From IMG/VR virus record IMGVR_UViG_3300037628_000403, positions 1 to 52,290 of that record: a DNA stretch of 52,290 nucleotides, one strand, 5' to 3'. Positions 17,320 to 26,210 of this stretch are shown here, piece after piece. Both the position numbers and the translations under genes were made by a program. Within the stretch, counting starts at the first letter, position 1. The number at the start of each line of letters is the position of its first letter. Source of the stretch: a virus (taxonomy: Duplodnaviria > Caudoviricetes). The notes under the pieces were generated by a model, which did not search any database, had not been told where the DNA came from, and saw only the letters and a list, made by a program, of their open reading frames with translations.

Positions 17320-17741
17320 TGCTAAGTAGAAGATCAACCTATATGCTACACCAGTGCCACCCAGACCTCATCAGGCTATTTCTTGAGGTGTCGATACACA
17401 CCAACATCAAGATACTTTGCGGCAAGCGAGGCCAAGAAGAACAGACGCGCATGTTTGAAATGGGGCGCAGCAAAGTTGAGTGGCCGAATAGTTTACACAA
17501 TGCCCATCCAACCGTTGGCCCTCGTAGGGTGTCCCACGCGGTTGATGTTTCTCCTGATCCTATCCCATTCAAGTGGGGACAGGATTGGAAAGATCGCGTC
17601 AAGTTCTATGAGATCGCCGCAGTTGTGCGCTATGAAGCAAGGCGCATGAATTTGAGTATTCGATGGGGCGGTGATTGGGATGGTGACGGGGATTACAAAG
17701 ACCAGACCTTTGACGATTTGCTACACTTTGAAATTCATTGA
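17319..17741 (+). CDS. Endolysin, M15 family L-Ala-D-Glu peptidase
   Basis: R...EQ, SLHN...SHAVD, IRWGGDW, DLLHFE. Confidence 0.9.
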   Translation: MLSRRSTYMLHQCHPDLIRLFLEVSIHTNIKILCGKRGQEEQTRMFEMGRSKVEWPNSLHNAHPTVGPRRVSHAVDVSPDPIPFKWGQDWKDRVKFYEIAAVVRYEARRMNLSIRWGGDWDGDGDYKDQTFDDLLHFEIH

Positions 17742-17895
17742 AACGCTGTACAGTGCCTATATTTCTGCATAGGTCGTAGGATACCCGGTTACGATTTCCA
17801 CAGCTTAGGCGCGAACACAGGGGCCTTAGAAACGGTTCTATAGCCTCTGGATACAGAAAAAGCGAGACAACGATACAACGATGAAAGGTAAACAA

Positions 17896-18147
17896 ATGAA
17901 GAAAATTTCTCAATCAAGACATTACAAATGCGACAATTGTCCACGAAAGTTTCAAAGCAAGCGTGGGCGCAATATTCACAAAGCACATTGCGGGAAGGTC
18001 AGTAAAGGAATTCCAACTCGCATAGTTCAATCGCCGCCAGGCAAAGCGCCTGTGAGGAAGGTACGGGTCGCCACCAAAGGGGTGGAGGTTCACATAACAA
18101 TCTGCAATGGGACCGCAGATGTAGTTATCAAAAGTGGGGTACAGTAA
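17896..18147 (+). CDS. Basic protein with C2H2-type zinc finger
   Basis: YKCDNCPRKFQSKRGRNIHKAHC. Confidence 0.7.
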   Translation: MKKISQSRHYKCDNCPRKFQSKRGRNIHKAHCGKVSKGIPTRIVQSPPGKAPVRKVRVATKGVEVHITICNGTADVVIKSGVQ

Positions 18148-18440
18148 TGGGCAAGGTCAAGATTGTACGCGTGATTAAGAATTGGGATATGCGAAAGACA
18201 AGAGGTCTTGCATTTTCCTTACCAGCAAACCGTTTGAAGAAAGGCGAGGCACTGATTGCCTTTAATGCAAGCGGCACAATGGCTCGGCTGGTTGACTCTT
18301 GCCATAGCTGCATTACACTTTGGTCAAACGGTGGGGAAGTCTTTGATATCAACGCGGTGACTGCCAAGTTGAAGAAGGGGATGTTCATAGAGTTCATCAC
18401 CAAACAAAGAAAGGTAAAAGCGGCTCACAAAGCGGCATGA
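18147..18440 (+). CDS. Hypothetical protein, weakly IS66 Orf2-like
   Basis: DMRKTRGL...GEALIAFN; TAATG coupling to the upstream gene. Confidence 0.55.
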   Translation: MGKVKIVRVIKNWDMRKTRGLAFSLPANRLKKGEALIAFNASGTMARLVDSCHSCITLWSNGGEVFDINAVTAKLKKGMFIEFITKQRKVKAAHKAA

Positions 18441-18444
18441 CAAA

Positions 18445-18478
18445 TGGTAGTATCCTCATCCCCAAGAGGATACTACCA
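18445..18478. terminator. Hairpin between convergent transcription units
   Basis: TGGTAGTATCCTC/GAGGATACTACCA perfect 13-bp stem. Confidence 0.7.
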
Positions 18479-18492
18479 CCCCACCCCACGGG

Positions 18493-18801
18493 CTATCCAC
18501 CTTTTAAAATCTCTCCAATCATATTCGCAAGCGCGTACACCCCACCTCCAGCTGCACCCGCTCCGCCAAAAATACCAACCTGCTGCTTTACAGTTCGGTG
18601 ATCGGTGCGAACTGGAGCATTCAAATCGCATCTTTGTTCTAGAAGGTTGATCTGTCCGGCCACCTTTTCGTTGTTAACTTTCATTTCGAGATTGATTCCT
18701 TCTGTACGCTCCTTCACTTCTGATACTTGCTCGCCAATCGTATCAAGCTTGCTATGGATGTGCTTGATAGCACGTCTTAATTCTGGATCTTCAATTGCCA
18801 A
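18493..18801 (-). CDS. Putative holin-like protein (coiled coil plus C-terminal hydrophobic segment)
   Basis: Last gene of the late operon; GIFGGAGAAGGGVYALANMIG. Confidence 0.45.
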   Translation of the reverse strand: MAIEDPELRRAIKHIHSKLDTIGEQVSEVKERTEGINLEMKVNNEKVAGQINLLEQRCDLNAPVRTDHRTVKQQVGIFGGAGAAGGGVYALANMIGEILKGG

Positions 18802-18813
18802 AGTGTACTCCTA

Positions 18814-20388
18814 TTACCAAATCTTTGAAACGCTAATGGTGGCATTAACATCCATGTCACCGCCGTTATCGTGTGCACCCTGAACACGAACAATAGCTCC
18901 AGCAGATAAAAACAATTTCTCAGGTATCGTCATAAACGTATCACCACTCGCTGTCGGTGACCTCCTATCCTGACCGGTTGGACCAGTCAGCGCGCCATTG
19001 ATTGTAATGGCACCGTGCCGGAAGTCACCGACATTTGCTACCCCACCGGCAGCTGCAGTTGATTCATCAAATTGAATTACACCAACAATTTCGTACAGAC
19101 CGTCAGTTACAATCGTGCAACGATCTTTATTTGTTACCTGCTCCATCAATCCACCGACGTCATAAGCCTCGGTATCAAAATCAATGTTCGTTAGGGCGGC
19201 TTGGCCAATTGTAAACGCCGACGCAGTTGCTCTGACCCTGTGCTGTGTGACTGAACTGATAGTCTGATTCGCATTGACGGTTGCCGCCACAATCGCGTTT
19301 GAGATAAACTCGATAATATCGCCACCAGGCATTCGCACACCAGTGTTAGGATCGGCAGCGGTAGAAAGGCTTGGCAACAATACAGTCCCAGTCGGGCTGA
19401 GGAATGCTTGTGATACGCTACCAGTTTTCAGCCAAGACATCGCCAAGACACCACCGGCAGATACCCCAAAGTGATCGGCAACGATCCAGTAGAAACCAGA
19501 GTTCTTATCAGCAGTCCAGTAAAATGCCGGAGACCCAACAGACCCAGGCTGCGCGCCGATTCCATCAAGGCCAAACTCCAATCTCTTTGTTCCACCGGCG
19601 CTGTATGATACGGTGTCATCTGTCGACCAGTAGAACCCAGTGTTTCCATCGGTAACACCGGCACCGTTTCCAAATGTAAGTCCTGGCGTTCCAGCAGAAC
19701 CACCTGGTGCTATGATAGGCCCAAGCGCGTCACCGTCAACGTCAGTATTGCGCCCACTGATCAGACGCTCGATGGCCTCCACCCGCTTTGCAAAACTATC
19801 GTACACCTTGGTTGGGAATGACGTTCCAGTCCCACTGGGTGTAAGCATGCGTTGGTATTGATCACCGTCCATGAGAACGTTGACCAGCCTGGTGAAGCTT
19901 GTAAAGGCCGCCCCATCCCAAACTGCTGTATAGATATCCAAAACCTTTTGGACGGCCAATGTACTCAGTGATGGGATTCCGTTCGCATCCACCGCAACAT
20001 AGATTGTACTAGCGCCGCCTGTGTAGGGCAGAACGGCATCGATCAACAGTGCGCCACGAATCCCGTTTATCATTATGGGGCCGGACTGTAAAGTCAGTGA
20101 CGCCCCGCCGCCAGTTATGCTGGCCGCGTAGCTATGCGATCCGATGAACCCGCTATCACTGACGTCAATTGGCCCGTCAGCATCATCGACAACCATTAGG
20201 TCTTTGCCAAGTACCGCGTTGGATCCTCCAACTGCGTCAAGCGAATCAGCATTCGCATTGATAGCCAATCGCAACGCCAGGAAATTGGAATCCATATCAT
20301 CAGAGTATGTTTTGTACGCGCCTGCTCCGCCACCTTGCCCGCCGGAAAAGTCCTCAAAATAACTATCAGTATCAATCTTAACTGCCAT
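18814..20388 (-). CDS. Tail fibre / receptor-binding protein
   Basis: Repeated PG(S/T)...P...NTGFYW units and a C1q/TNF-like C-terminus; end of tail module. Confidence 0.7.
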   Translation of the reverse strand: MAVKIDTDSYFEDFSGGQGGGAGAYKTYSDDMDSNFLALRLAINANADSLDAVGGSNAVLGKDLMVVDDADGPIDVSDSGFIGSHSYAASITGGGASLTLQSGPIMINGIRGALLIDAVLPYTGGASTIYVAVDANGIPSLSTLAVQKVLDIYTAVWDGAAFTSFTRLVNVLMDGDQYQRMLTPSGTGTSFPTKVYDSFAKRVEAIERLISGRNTDVDGDALGPIIAPGGSAGTPGLTFGNGAGVTDGNTGFYWSTDDTVSYSAGGTKRLEFGLDGIGAQPGSVGSPAFYWTADKNSGFYWIVADHFGVSAGGVLAMSWLKTGSVSQAFLSPTGTVLLPSLSTAADPNTGVRMPGGDIIEFISNAIVAATVNANQTISSVTQHRVRATASAFTIGQAALTNIDFDTEAYDVGGLMEQVTNKDRCTIVTDGLYEIVGVIQFDESTAAAGGVANVGDFRHGAITINGALTGPTGQDRRSPTASGDTFMTIPEKLFLSAGAIVRVQGAHDNGGDMDVNATISVSKIW

Positions 20389-20397
20389 TTTTATCTC

Positions 20398-20880
20398 CTA
20401 AACTGGATCGCCGTTGGCGTCAACTATTCTTGTTAGTGGAAACGGATGTATTCCATCATTCCAATATGAGTCACCACCGATTCCTTGATAGAATTCAAAC
20501 GGCACTTTGTCATGTTTGTAGCCACGGCTCGTTTGTGAATCTGCTAGCTCGGTTGCCATATCATACTCTGTAATAGTAGCATCACCGGTGACCTTGTCGG
20601 CTGGTCCGATAATAACAAACCTGCCTCCAGCCATCTTTTTCATCAAGACAGCGCGACCAGGATCGGCATATGCCCGTCCACCATTATGCTCTCTGATTAA
20701 GACCTTACTCATAAATCTCGTTTGGCCTATATCAACTGAGACGACCCAAACATTACCGCCAGAAATGCTAGCGTCAACGCTGCGCATCACCCGTTCGCTG
20801 ATGACAGTGCCGACCAAGAATTCAGTTGAGTCCTTTATCTGGCGCTTGACGTATCGTGAAATATCACCTGAGTTTTCCAT
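20398..20880 (-). CDS. Tail tip-associated protein
   Basis: Position in tail operon, coupled to upstream gene. Confidence 0.5.
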   Translation of the reverse strand: MENSGDISRYVKRQIKDSTEFLVGTVISERVMRSVDASISGGNVWVVSVDIGQTRFMSKVLIREHNGGRAYADPGRAVLMKKMAGGRFVIIGPADKVTGDATITEYDMATELADSQTSRGYKHDKVPFEFYQGIGGDSYWNDGIHPFPLTRIVDANGDPV

Positions 20881-22517
20881 TACCCGTATACCCCGCTGGT
20901 GATTTCAAATACGCTAACTGAAGCACGATTTGCATTTTGAGATCTGGTAAGTATTCTGCTAATTGATTGAACGAAATAAGTTGACCCGTCAAATCGCTGG
21001 AATACGTCATCGGGCTCAAGCAAAAGATCATGTAGCATTTCGATGTCTCTTGGATTACCCTTTGCCATTTCTCTGAACAACGCGGTCTTTGCCATGGCTT
21101 TTGCCACGGACTCTTCGGTGATTAGGTGGTTAGTGATATCAAAATTTGAAGTCTCAAGCGCAAGAGTTCCAGCTGCGCGGGCAATTTCTTTTATCTCTTT
21201 GTGAATCCATTCGATTGGAGTCCCATGCCATTCATAGACGCCGTTGCCGATATTCGTCATGATGAATAACGCGGCACCCAACGATGCGGATTGCACTGCG
21301 GAGCCAGTACGTCCTTGAATCCAAACAGTACCCAATCCGCCAGAACCAAAGTTGGGCGCCCAAGCCATGCCGACATACGTTCCCATAAAGAACGCGGCAA
21401 GCCAAGGGGCCCAACCGGTGGATGCACTTAACACCGCCCCATAAGTACCATCGCCAAGCTGGGCGTCCAGGTCACTGCTACTCTCTTCACCACCGAATGA
21501 TAATGCCTTGATGACTTTCAGGCTTACCCCTTCAGCAATTGTAGTTTTATCATCGCTCCAATACACAGGCATTTCGATTTCAGAATCAAAGAATCCGCTT
21601 GTGAGATTCATGCTAGCAAGTAACTGATGCCGACCTTCAATTTTTGTAAGATCAGTATCCAATCCAATTACAGTTATTTGATTGTATGGATCTATTTCAT
21701 GATACGGCGCGTCAACTCTGATAAACAAATCGTCATCTGTATATACTCGATCAGCACTACGAGCCACGCTAGCAAATTGGTGCGTTAACTTTCCTTCACC
21801 GTTGAATCTGGGTAGCAAGCCTTCAGTAAACATCAACTTTGCTATTGATGTCATAGGAAGCTCGTCAACAAATTGGATTGGATCGTGACCTGCAGGAGTA
21901 GCACCCCAGGACGAAAAACTTATTTCACCTTCGGCAAGACCCATTTCGTCTTGTGCTATAGCATTTGCCATGGTTATATATTGAGTAGCAATTACAAAGT
22001 CTTCAGTTGTAACTTTATTCTGATTGAACGATGCCGTTCTGTCTACAGCCTTGAACGTAATTCCAGCGCGGCCCCCATCGGTGCGCCCCCTGGCAACGCC
22101 AGCCTGGCCCTTGATGACGCCGGTGAAAGTTATGGGCCAAGAATCTGGATCGACTCTTGTATCACCTTCCCAAATTCTGATAACATTTCCTCTACGAAAC
22201 CACCGTGCGTTACCAGTAGGATTAGCAGCAAAATTGGCAGGATTAAAATCACCGTCCTTATCAAGAACAGAAATCGTGACATCAGATACCCCCACTTCAC
22301 CGGTTGAGTAATCGCCGCCAACTTCATTTATTGCCGCCTGGACTACCATATCGGTTATGTCAAGCGGCCCAGTCGTTGGGTCCAAACTTGCACCGGTGAC
22401 AATATCACCGATTGTATCAATCCCATTGCGGGTATCGTAAACGAGAATCATGTAATCTGGACGACGATTTTCATCAACCATTATCGCGTTCAGCGTTGCA
22501 TTCAAACTTCTTGCCAC
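20880..22517 (-). CDS. Putative tail tip / baseplate hub protein
   Basis: 545 aa, position after the distal-tail-like gene, hub-like C-terminus. Confidence 0.55.
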   Translation of the reverse strand: MARSLNATLNAIMVDENRRPDYMILVYDTRNGIDTIGDIVTGASLDPTTGPLDITDMVVQAAINEVGGDYSTGEVGVSDVTISVLDKDGDFNPANFAANPTGNARWFRRGNVIRIWEGDTRVDPDSWPITFTGVIKGQAGVARGRTDGGRAGITFKAVDRTASFNQNKVTTEDFVIATQYITMANAIAQDEMGLAEGEISFSSWGATPAGHDPIQFVDELPMTSIAKLMFTEGLLPRFNGEGKLTHQFASVARSADRVYTDDDLFIRVDAPYHEIDPYNQITVIGLDTDLTKIEGRHQLLASMNLTSGFFDSEIEMPVYWSDDKTTIAEGVSLKVIKALSFGGEESSSDLDAQLGDGTYGAVLSASTGWAPWLAAFFMGTYVGMAWAPNFGSGGLGTVWIQGRTGSAVQSASLGAALFIMTNIGNGVYEWHGTPIEWIHKEIKEIARAAGTLALETSNFDITNHLITEESVAKAMAKTALFREMAKGNPRDIEMLHDLLLEPDDVFQRFDGSTYFVQSISRILTRSQNANRASVSVFEITSGVYG

Positions 22518-23155
22518 TACGGCACCTCGCTAAGAATCAAAAACTTCAATCGCACTTCACGGTCTACCAGGCCAGTCTTAACAATGTCGATGCTATCAAA
22601 CGCATTCGGAATATCACCACCGTTAAAAGTTCCACCAGCCGCCAAGACTTCCTTAACATCGAACCACTCGTCCTCGGTGGTTCCACCCACCTCAAGCGAA
22701 ATCAGTTCAACGTTGTATGTAACGTCGTTGCGGTCAGCGGGTTCCCACTGAACATACGTGGGCGTAAACAAATCAAACGCTGGAGGGTTAATGATGTACT
22801 CGTACAACATCCTGAGGAAATTTGACGGCATGGACGCTCGCGATTCGTCACCTGGCCAAACTTCCGTTATGATGATGTCGTCTTGGTTGCGTTCAAATCG
22901 TACTACCTTGGTAGTCCCCAACGTCATTACAGTACTTGAAACCGGATGCCTCATCGGGACGTTGTCCAAATTCATAGTGCGTTCTGGATTCAGGTAATAT
23001 GAAATTGGAACAAAATTTCCAGCGTCTGGGTGGACCAACCTGCGTGGCGAGGCAGGGGTCTGTGCTGAACCGACCGCCACAATTTCAATTGTAGAAGTGG
23101 CCGATGCTTCCGGCCCCAGCTGGATTTCATACGCTCGCTCTGAAGTTACCGTCAT
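22517..23155 (-). CDS. Putative distal tail protein
   Basis: Size and synteny only. Confidence 0.45.
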   Translation of the reverse strand: MTVTSERAYEIQLGPEASATSTIEIVAVGSAQTPASPRRLVHPDAGNFVPISYYLNPERTMNLDNVPMRHPVSSTVMTLGTTKVVRFERNQDDIIITEVWPGDESRASMPSNFLRMLYEYIINPPAFDLFTPTYVQWEPADRNDVTYNVELISLEVGGTTEDEWFDVKEVLAAGGTFNGGDIPNAFDSIDIVKTGLVDREVRLKFLILSEVP

Positions 23156-24219
23156 GTGCTCACCTTTATTACTGCCGTTGTGTCTCCATAGGCAGGATCA
23201 GTTGGCGCGGTGTATCGACAAGTTTGTTGGCCATCTTCATCGGCCACGTCCTCGTCGTAATCAATGCTTCCACCGCCTGAAACTATTGTCCAATCCATAT
23301 TTGTAACTGGCAACGGTGTTCCGTCTTGCGCAGTGAAAGATCCTACAAGCTTACAACCACCGCCAATTACGGTTTTCCTATCTTGCTCGACTGCGATTTG
23401 CCCTGCTATACCAGCAGGAGAATTCACAATCAAGAATCCACCACTGACGCCAGCGTCATTGTCGTAAAAGATACCAACGGCGCAAGAAGTAGCACGCGGA
23501 TACACCGGCGATATCACCTCTTGCCGAACAAGGAATGGAGGGAATTGCGTAGAATACGCTGAAGTCATATTCGTCCAAGACGGGATAGCAGTTTCATAAC
23601 TGTAAGGCGCCAGCCAACCCTCGGATACTTTCTTTGTATTTGTGAGCAGCGAATCAGAAAAATCAGGCTCAGCTTCCTCGTTAACCATTTGGTATGCCGG
23701 AGTTTTGAAAGTATAATCCAACATGATCTTGTGACTAAAAGGCCCGGAATCATAATTGATAACGTACATCTTGCCGGATGAATTACCAGCCGACCTGCCT
23801 ACAAAAAGTGTTCGGTGCCTAGTGGGGGCATCAACAGACTTTTCGGGTGTAAGATCCAAAAACAAATTCCCAGGAGCAAATAGCTTATATGTATCACCCG
23901 ACAGAGCAAGCGTTGAAAACTTTCCATCAAGAACAAACTCGCCAGTAACACTATCAAAAGAACGAATCCGTTGAGCTTGAAATTCATTTGTCCCGTCTGC
24001 AAAAAGGATCCAACTATCAGCGTGGATATCAACCCCGTCACCTATGCGTACTGTATCAATGAACCTATCCTTGAGAGTCATGTTGGATGTAAGCGTACCA
24101 CGATCTTCATCAAGGTAAGTGCTTGACGCATAGTTCCCAAGTGAAAGCTCTGGATCGGTTTGGACCCCACTGTGACTACTCGCCCCTGATAGGCGGAATT
24201 GTAAAAGCAAGTCACTCAT
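23152..24219 (-). CDS. Minor tail protein with Ig-like C-terminus
   Basis: W..VSGGGSI...ADEDGQQTCRYTAP Big-like motif. Confidence 0.55.
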   Translation of the reverse strand: MSDLLLQFRLSGASSHSGVQTDPELSLGNYASSTYLDEDRGTLTSNMTLKDRFIDTVRIGDGVDIHADSWILFADGTNEFQAQRIRSFDSVTGEFVLDGKFSTLALSGDTYKLFAPGNLFLDLTPEKSVDAPTRHRTLFVGRSAGNSSGKMYVINYDSGPFSHKIMLDYTFKTPAYQMVNEEAEPDFSDSLLTNTKKVSEGWLAPYSYETAIPSWTNMTSAYSTQFPPFLVRQEVISPVYPRATSCAVGIFYDNDAGVSGGFLIVNSPAGIAGQIAVEQDRKTVIGGGCKLVGSFTAQDGTPLPVTNMDWTIVSGGGSIDYDEDVADEDGQQTCRYTAPTDPAYGDTTAVIKVST

Positions 24220-25868
24220 GACGTTTCCGCTTTCAATCTATCATAGTGGCCGACCAAAGTATCATCGTCCGGGTATCTAACATTCAAAGTTGCGTCGCCA
24301 CGCTCATCTGTAATAGCAGAGGTATTCAACAGTGTTCCCCAGGCTGGTGTTGCCTCGACGTCAAGGTGGCGATATTTTGCCAAGTAATCAGCGCCAGTAT
24401 CCAACGCTGTCACCCAAGTAACCAAACCTGTGGCATAGTTGACTGTGTAATCGGTAGTCTCCTCCAGCGCCACGTCATTCTTAGTGATCGTCAAGTAGCC
24501 TTCATCAAGAGGGGATTGAGTCAGCTGCGAAGTTGGCGGGTCAAGGGTAACGTCAAGAATGTCTTCGGACGAAACCCTTACCAGTGCCCCGTTGACAGTC
24601 TTGCCAGTCATTGGGTGGTTAAGATCGTCCAAAGCACGAACGAGATTTGTTACAATTGTATTGGTCTTTGGCGTCGTCAAGTACGTTGGAGTCTCCAGAA
24701 TATCAGCAGGCCCACTCGGAGCAAACTCGTATCTTCCAAAGTTGTTGTAATCCATCTTTACGTTGTAACTGATGTTTGAGAAATTCCAAACGACAATCCG
24801 CCCCACGGTATCATCAAAGTAAATTACCACCGGGTTGAATTGAGTAGATGTCCAGGCACCGCCACCTCCAACTGGCTCGCCAGCACCACCGTCGGCAATA
24901 TCACCCTCAAGGATTTTGATACGGTTCACCATCAATTCTTTCCAATGGGTCCGCGATGTACTTGTTCCGCCATAGTCAGCGTTGGTTGGATTGAATTCGT
25001 ATACGGCAAAATACATAGCCCAAAAACCATCGGCGGCACGACGATTATTTGAATCATACCCAAATATGAATATGCGCCCTTTGGGTCTTGCCATGGTGCT
25101 ATCTGAATCTGGTACCCACTGGGGCTTGCCCAGCCAGAACGAATCGCCGTCAATCGGACCACGATAGTGGCCGCCAGTAACAGCAGATGAACTATACCGC
25201 GTGTAAACATCATCAAGCAACTTAGCGTGTCCGGTGTTCCAATCTATTTCAACTGGCGCGCTTCGGTGTGCCCCTGATACTGGATCTTGTAACCACTCCG
25301 CATATGCGGCAATCGTTATCTCAAGGCCTTCAAATTGAAGGTGTGTACGCCTGCCGTTTGCCTGGTGGATGCCCCTATAATTTCCATCCACTCCAGCAGC
25401 AGCGGTGATGGAATTGTTAAAGGACATATTCTTCCAGAGCGCAGTATCATAAGCTGGCGTGGCCATGTTGCCCGACGCTATATAGTATTCCAATACAGCG
25501 TTGAAACCGTCGACAGGATCACTTATTGGCGGATCTGAAACTTCAGTATTCAGCTTGCCCCACCAAAGTCTTTGAAGGTTTGCCTCCTTATCCCAATCAC
25601 CTATTTGCATTGACCTCGGGAAATTTATCGGCACCCCGTCAATATGCTTTCCGGCACTAGGGTCTAGCATATCAGCGTCAAACGTGTTCAGCGAGCTTTG
25701 GCCGAATCCACCACCACCGGTTTGTAATGCTACGATCTGCCTAGTTGCTTGGTGAAACGGGAAGTAGCCAAGCTGGAGCGGATTGCCATTGACCGAAAAA
25801 TCCCAAGGTCCGGCAGGGTCCAGGAAAAACAGATCAGCCCTCTCAGCTTTGAAAACGGTCCAACTCAT
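24216..25868 (-). CDS. Minor tail / virion protein
   Basis: 550 aa; DYTVNYATGLVTW motif typical of tail proteins. Confidence 0.55.
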   Translation of the reverse strand: MSWTVFKAERADLFFLDPAGPWDFSVNGNPLQLGYFPFHQATRQIVALQTGGGGFGQSSLNTFDADMLDPSAGKHIDGVPINFPRSMQIGDWDKEANLQRLWWGKLNTEVSDPPISDPVDGFNAVLEYYIASGNMATPAYDTALWKNMSFNNSITAAAGVDGNYRGIHQANGRRTHLQFEGLEITIAAYAEWLQDPVSGAHRSAPVEIDWNTGHAKLLDDVYTRYSSSAVTGGHYRGPIDGDSFWLGKPQWVPDSDSTMARPKGRIFIFGYDSNNRRAADGFWAMYFAVYEFNPTNADYGGTSTSRTHWKELMVNRIKILEGDIADGGAGEPVGGGGAWTSTQFNPVVIYFDDTVGRIVVWNFSNISYNVKMDYNNFGRYEFAPSGPADILETPTYLTTPKTNTIVTNLVRALDDLNHPMTGKTVNGALVRVSSEDILDVTLDPPTSQLTQSPLDEGYLTITKNDVALEETTDYTVNYATGLVTWVTALDTGADYLAKYRHLDVEATPAWGTLLNTSAITDERGDATLNVRYPDDDTLVGHYDRLKAETS

Positions 25869-25870
25869 TT

Positions 25871-26197
25871 TTATCCCTTTGCCAATTCAATTGGCGTCTT
25901 GGCATTGCTGGCCATCAAGTCCATAAAAACTTTCATCGCGGTCTGCATCGAGGCAACGGGGTCATGTTGATCCGCTTTTTGCGCACTCTCGGCAATCACG
26001 CTAAGTGTAGCAACCTGAATTTTATGTAGCTGGGCTAGCTGAAGGTTCAGGGTGAATAACAAAACGCCAACGTCATTACCCTCGCTCAGCAGTGCCGGAA
26101 GCTTGATGGCATAATCCTCAAACGCCATCGTGGTTCCGTTATCTCCAAATACAAAAACAGGTTTCGGTGCCTCTGCTCTTTCACTTTTCTCGCTCAT
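25871..26197 (-). CDS. Hypothetical protein
   Basis: ORF with GGGGG RBS after the tape measure gene. Confidence 0.65.
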   Translation of the reverse strand: MSEKSERAEAPKPVFVFGDNGTTMAFEDYAIKLPALLSEGNDVGVLLFTLNLQLAQLHKIQVATLSVIAESAQKADQHDPVASMQTAMKVFMDLMASNAKTPIELAKG

Positions 26198-26210
26198 GTT
26201 GCCCCCATTG

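Noticed and set aside
18147-18440. IS66 insertion sequence
   Set aside because: No transposase, terminal inverted repeats or target duplication
18814-20388. Diversity-generating retroelement target in the tail fibre
   Set aside because: No reverse transcriptase gene and no template/variable repeat pair seen
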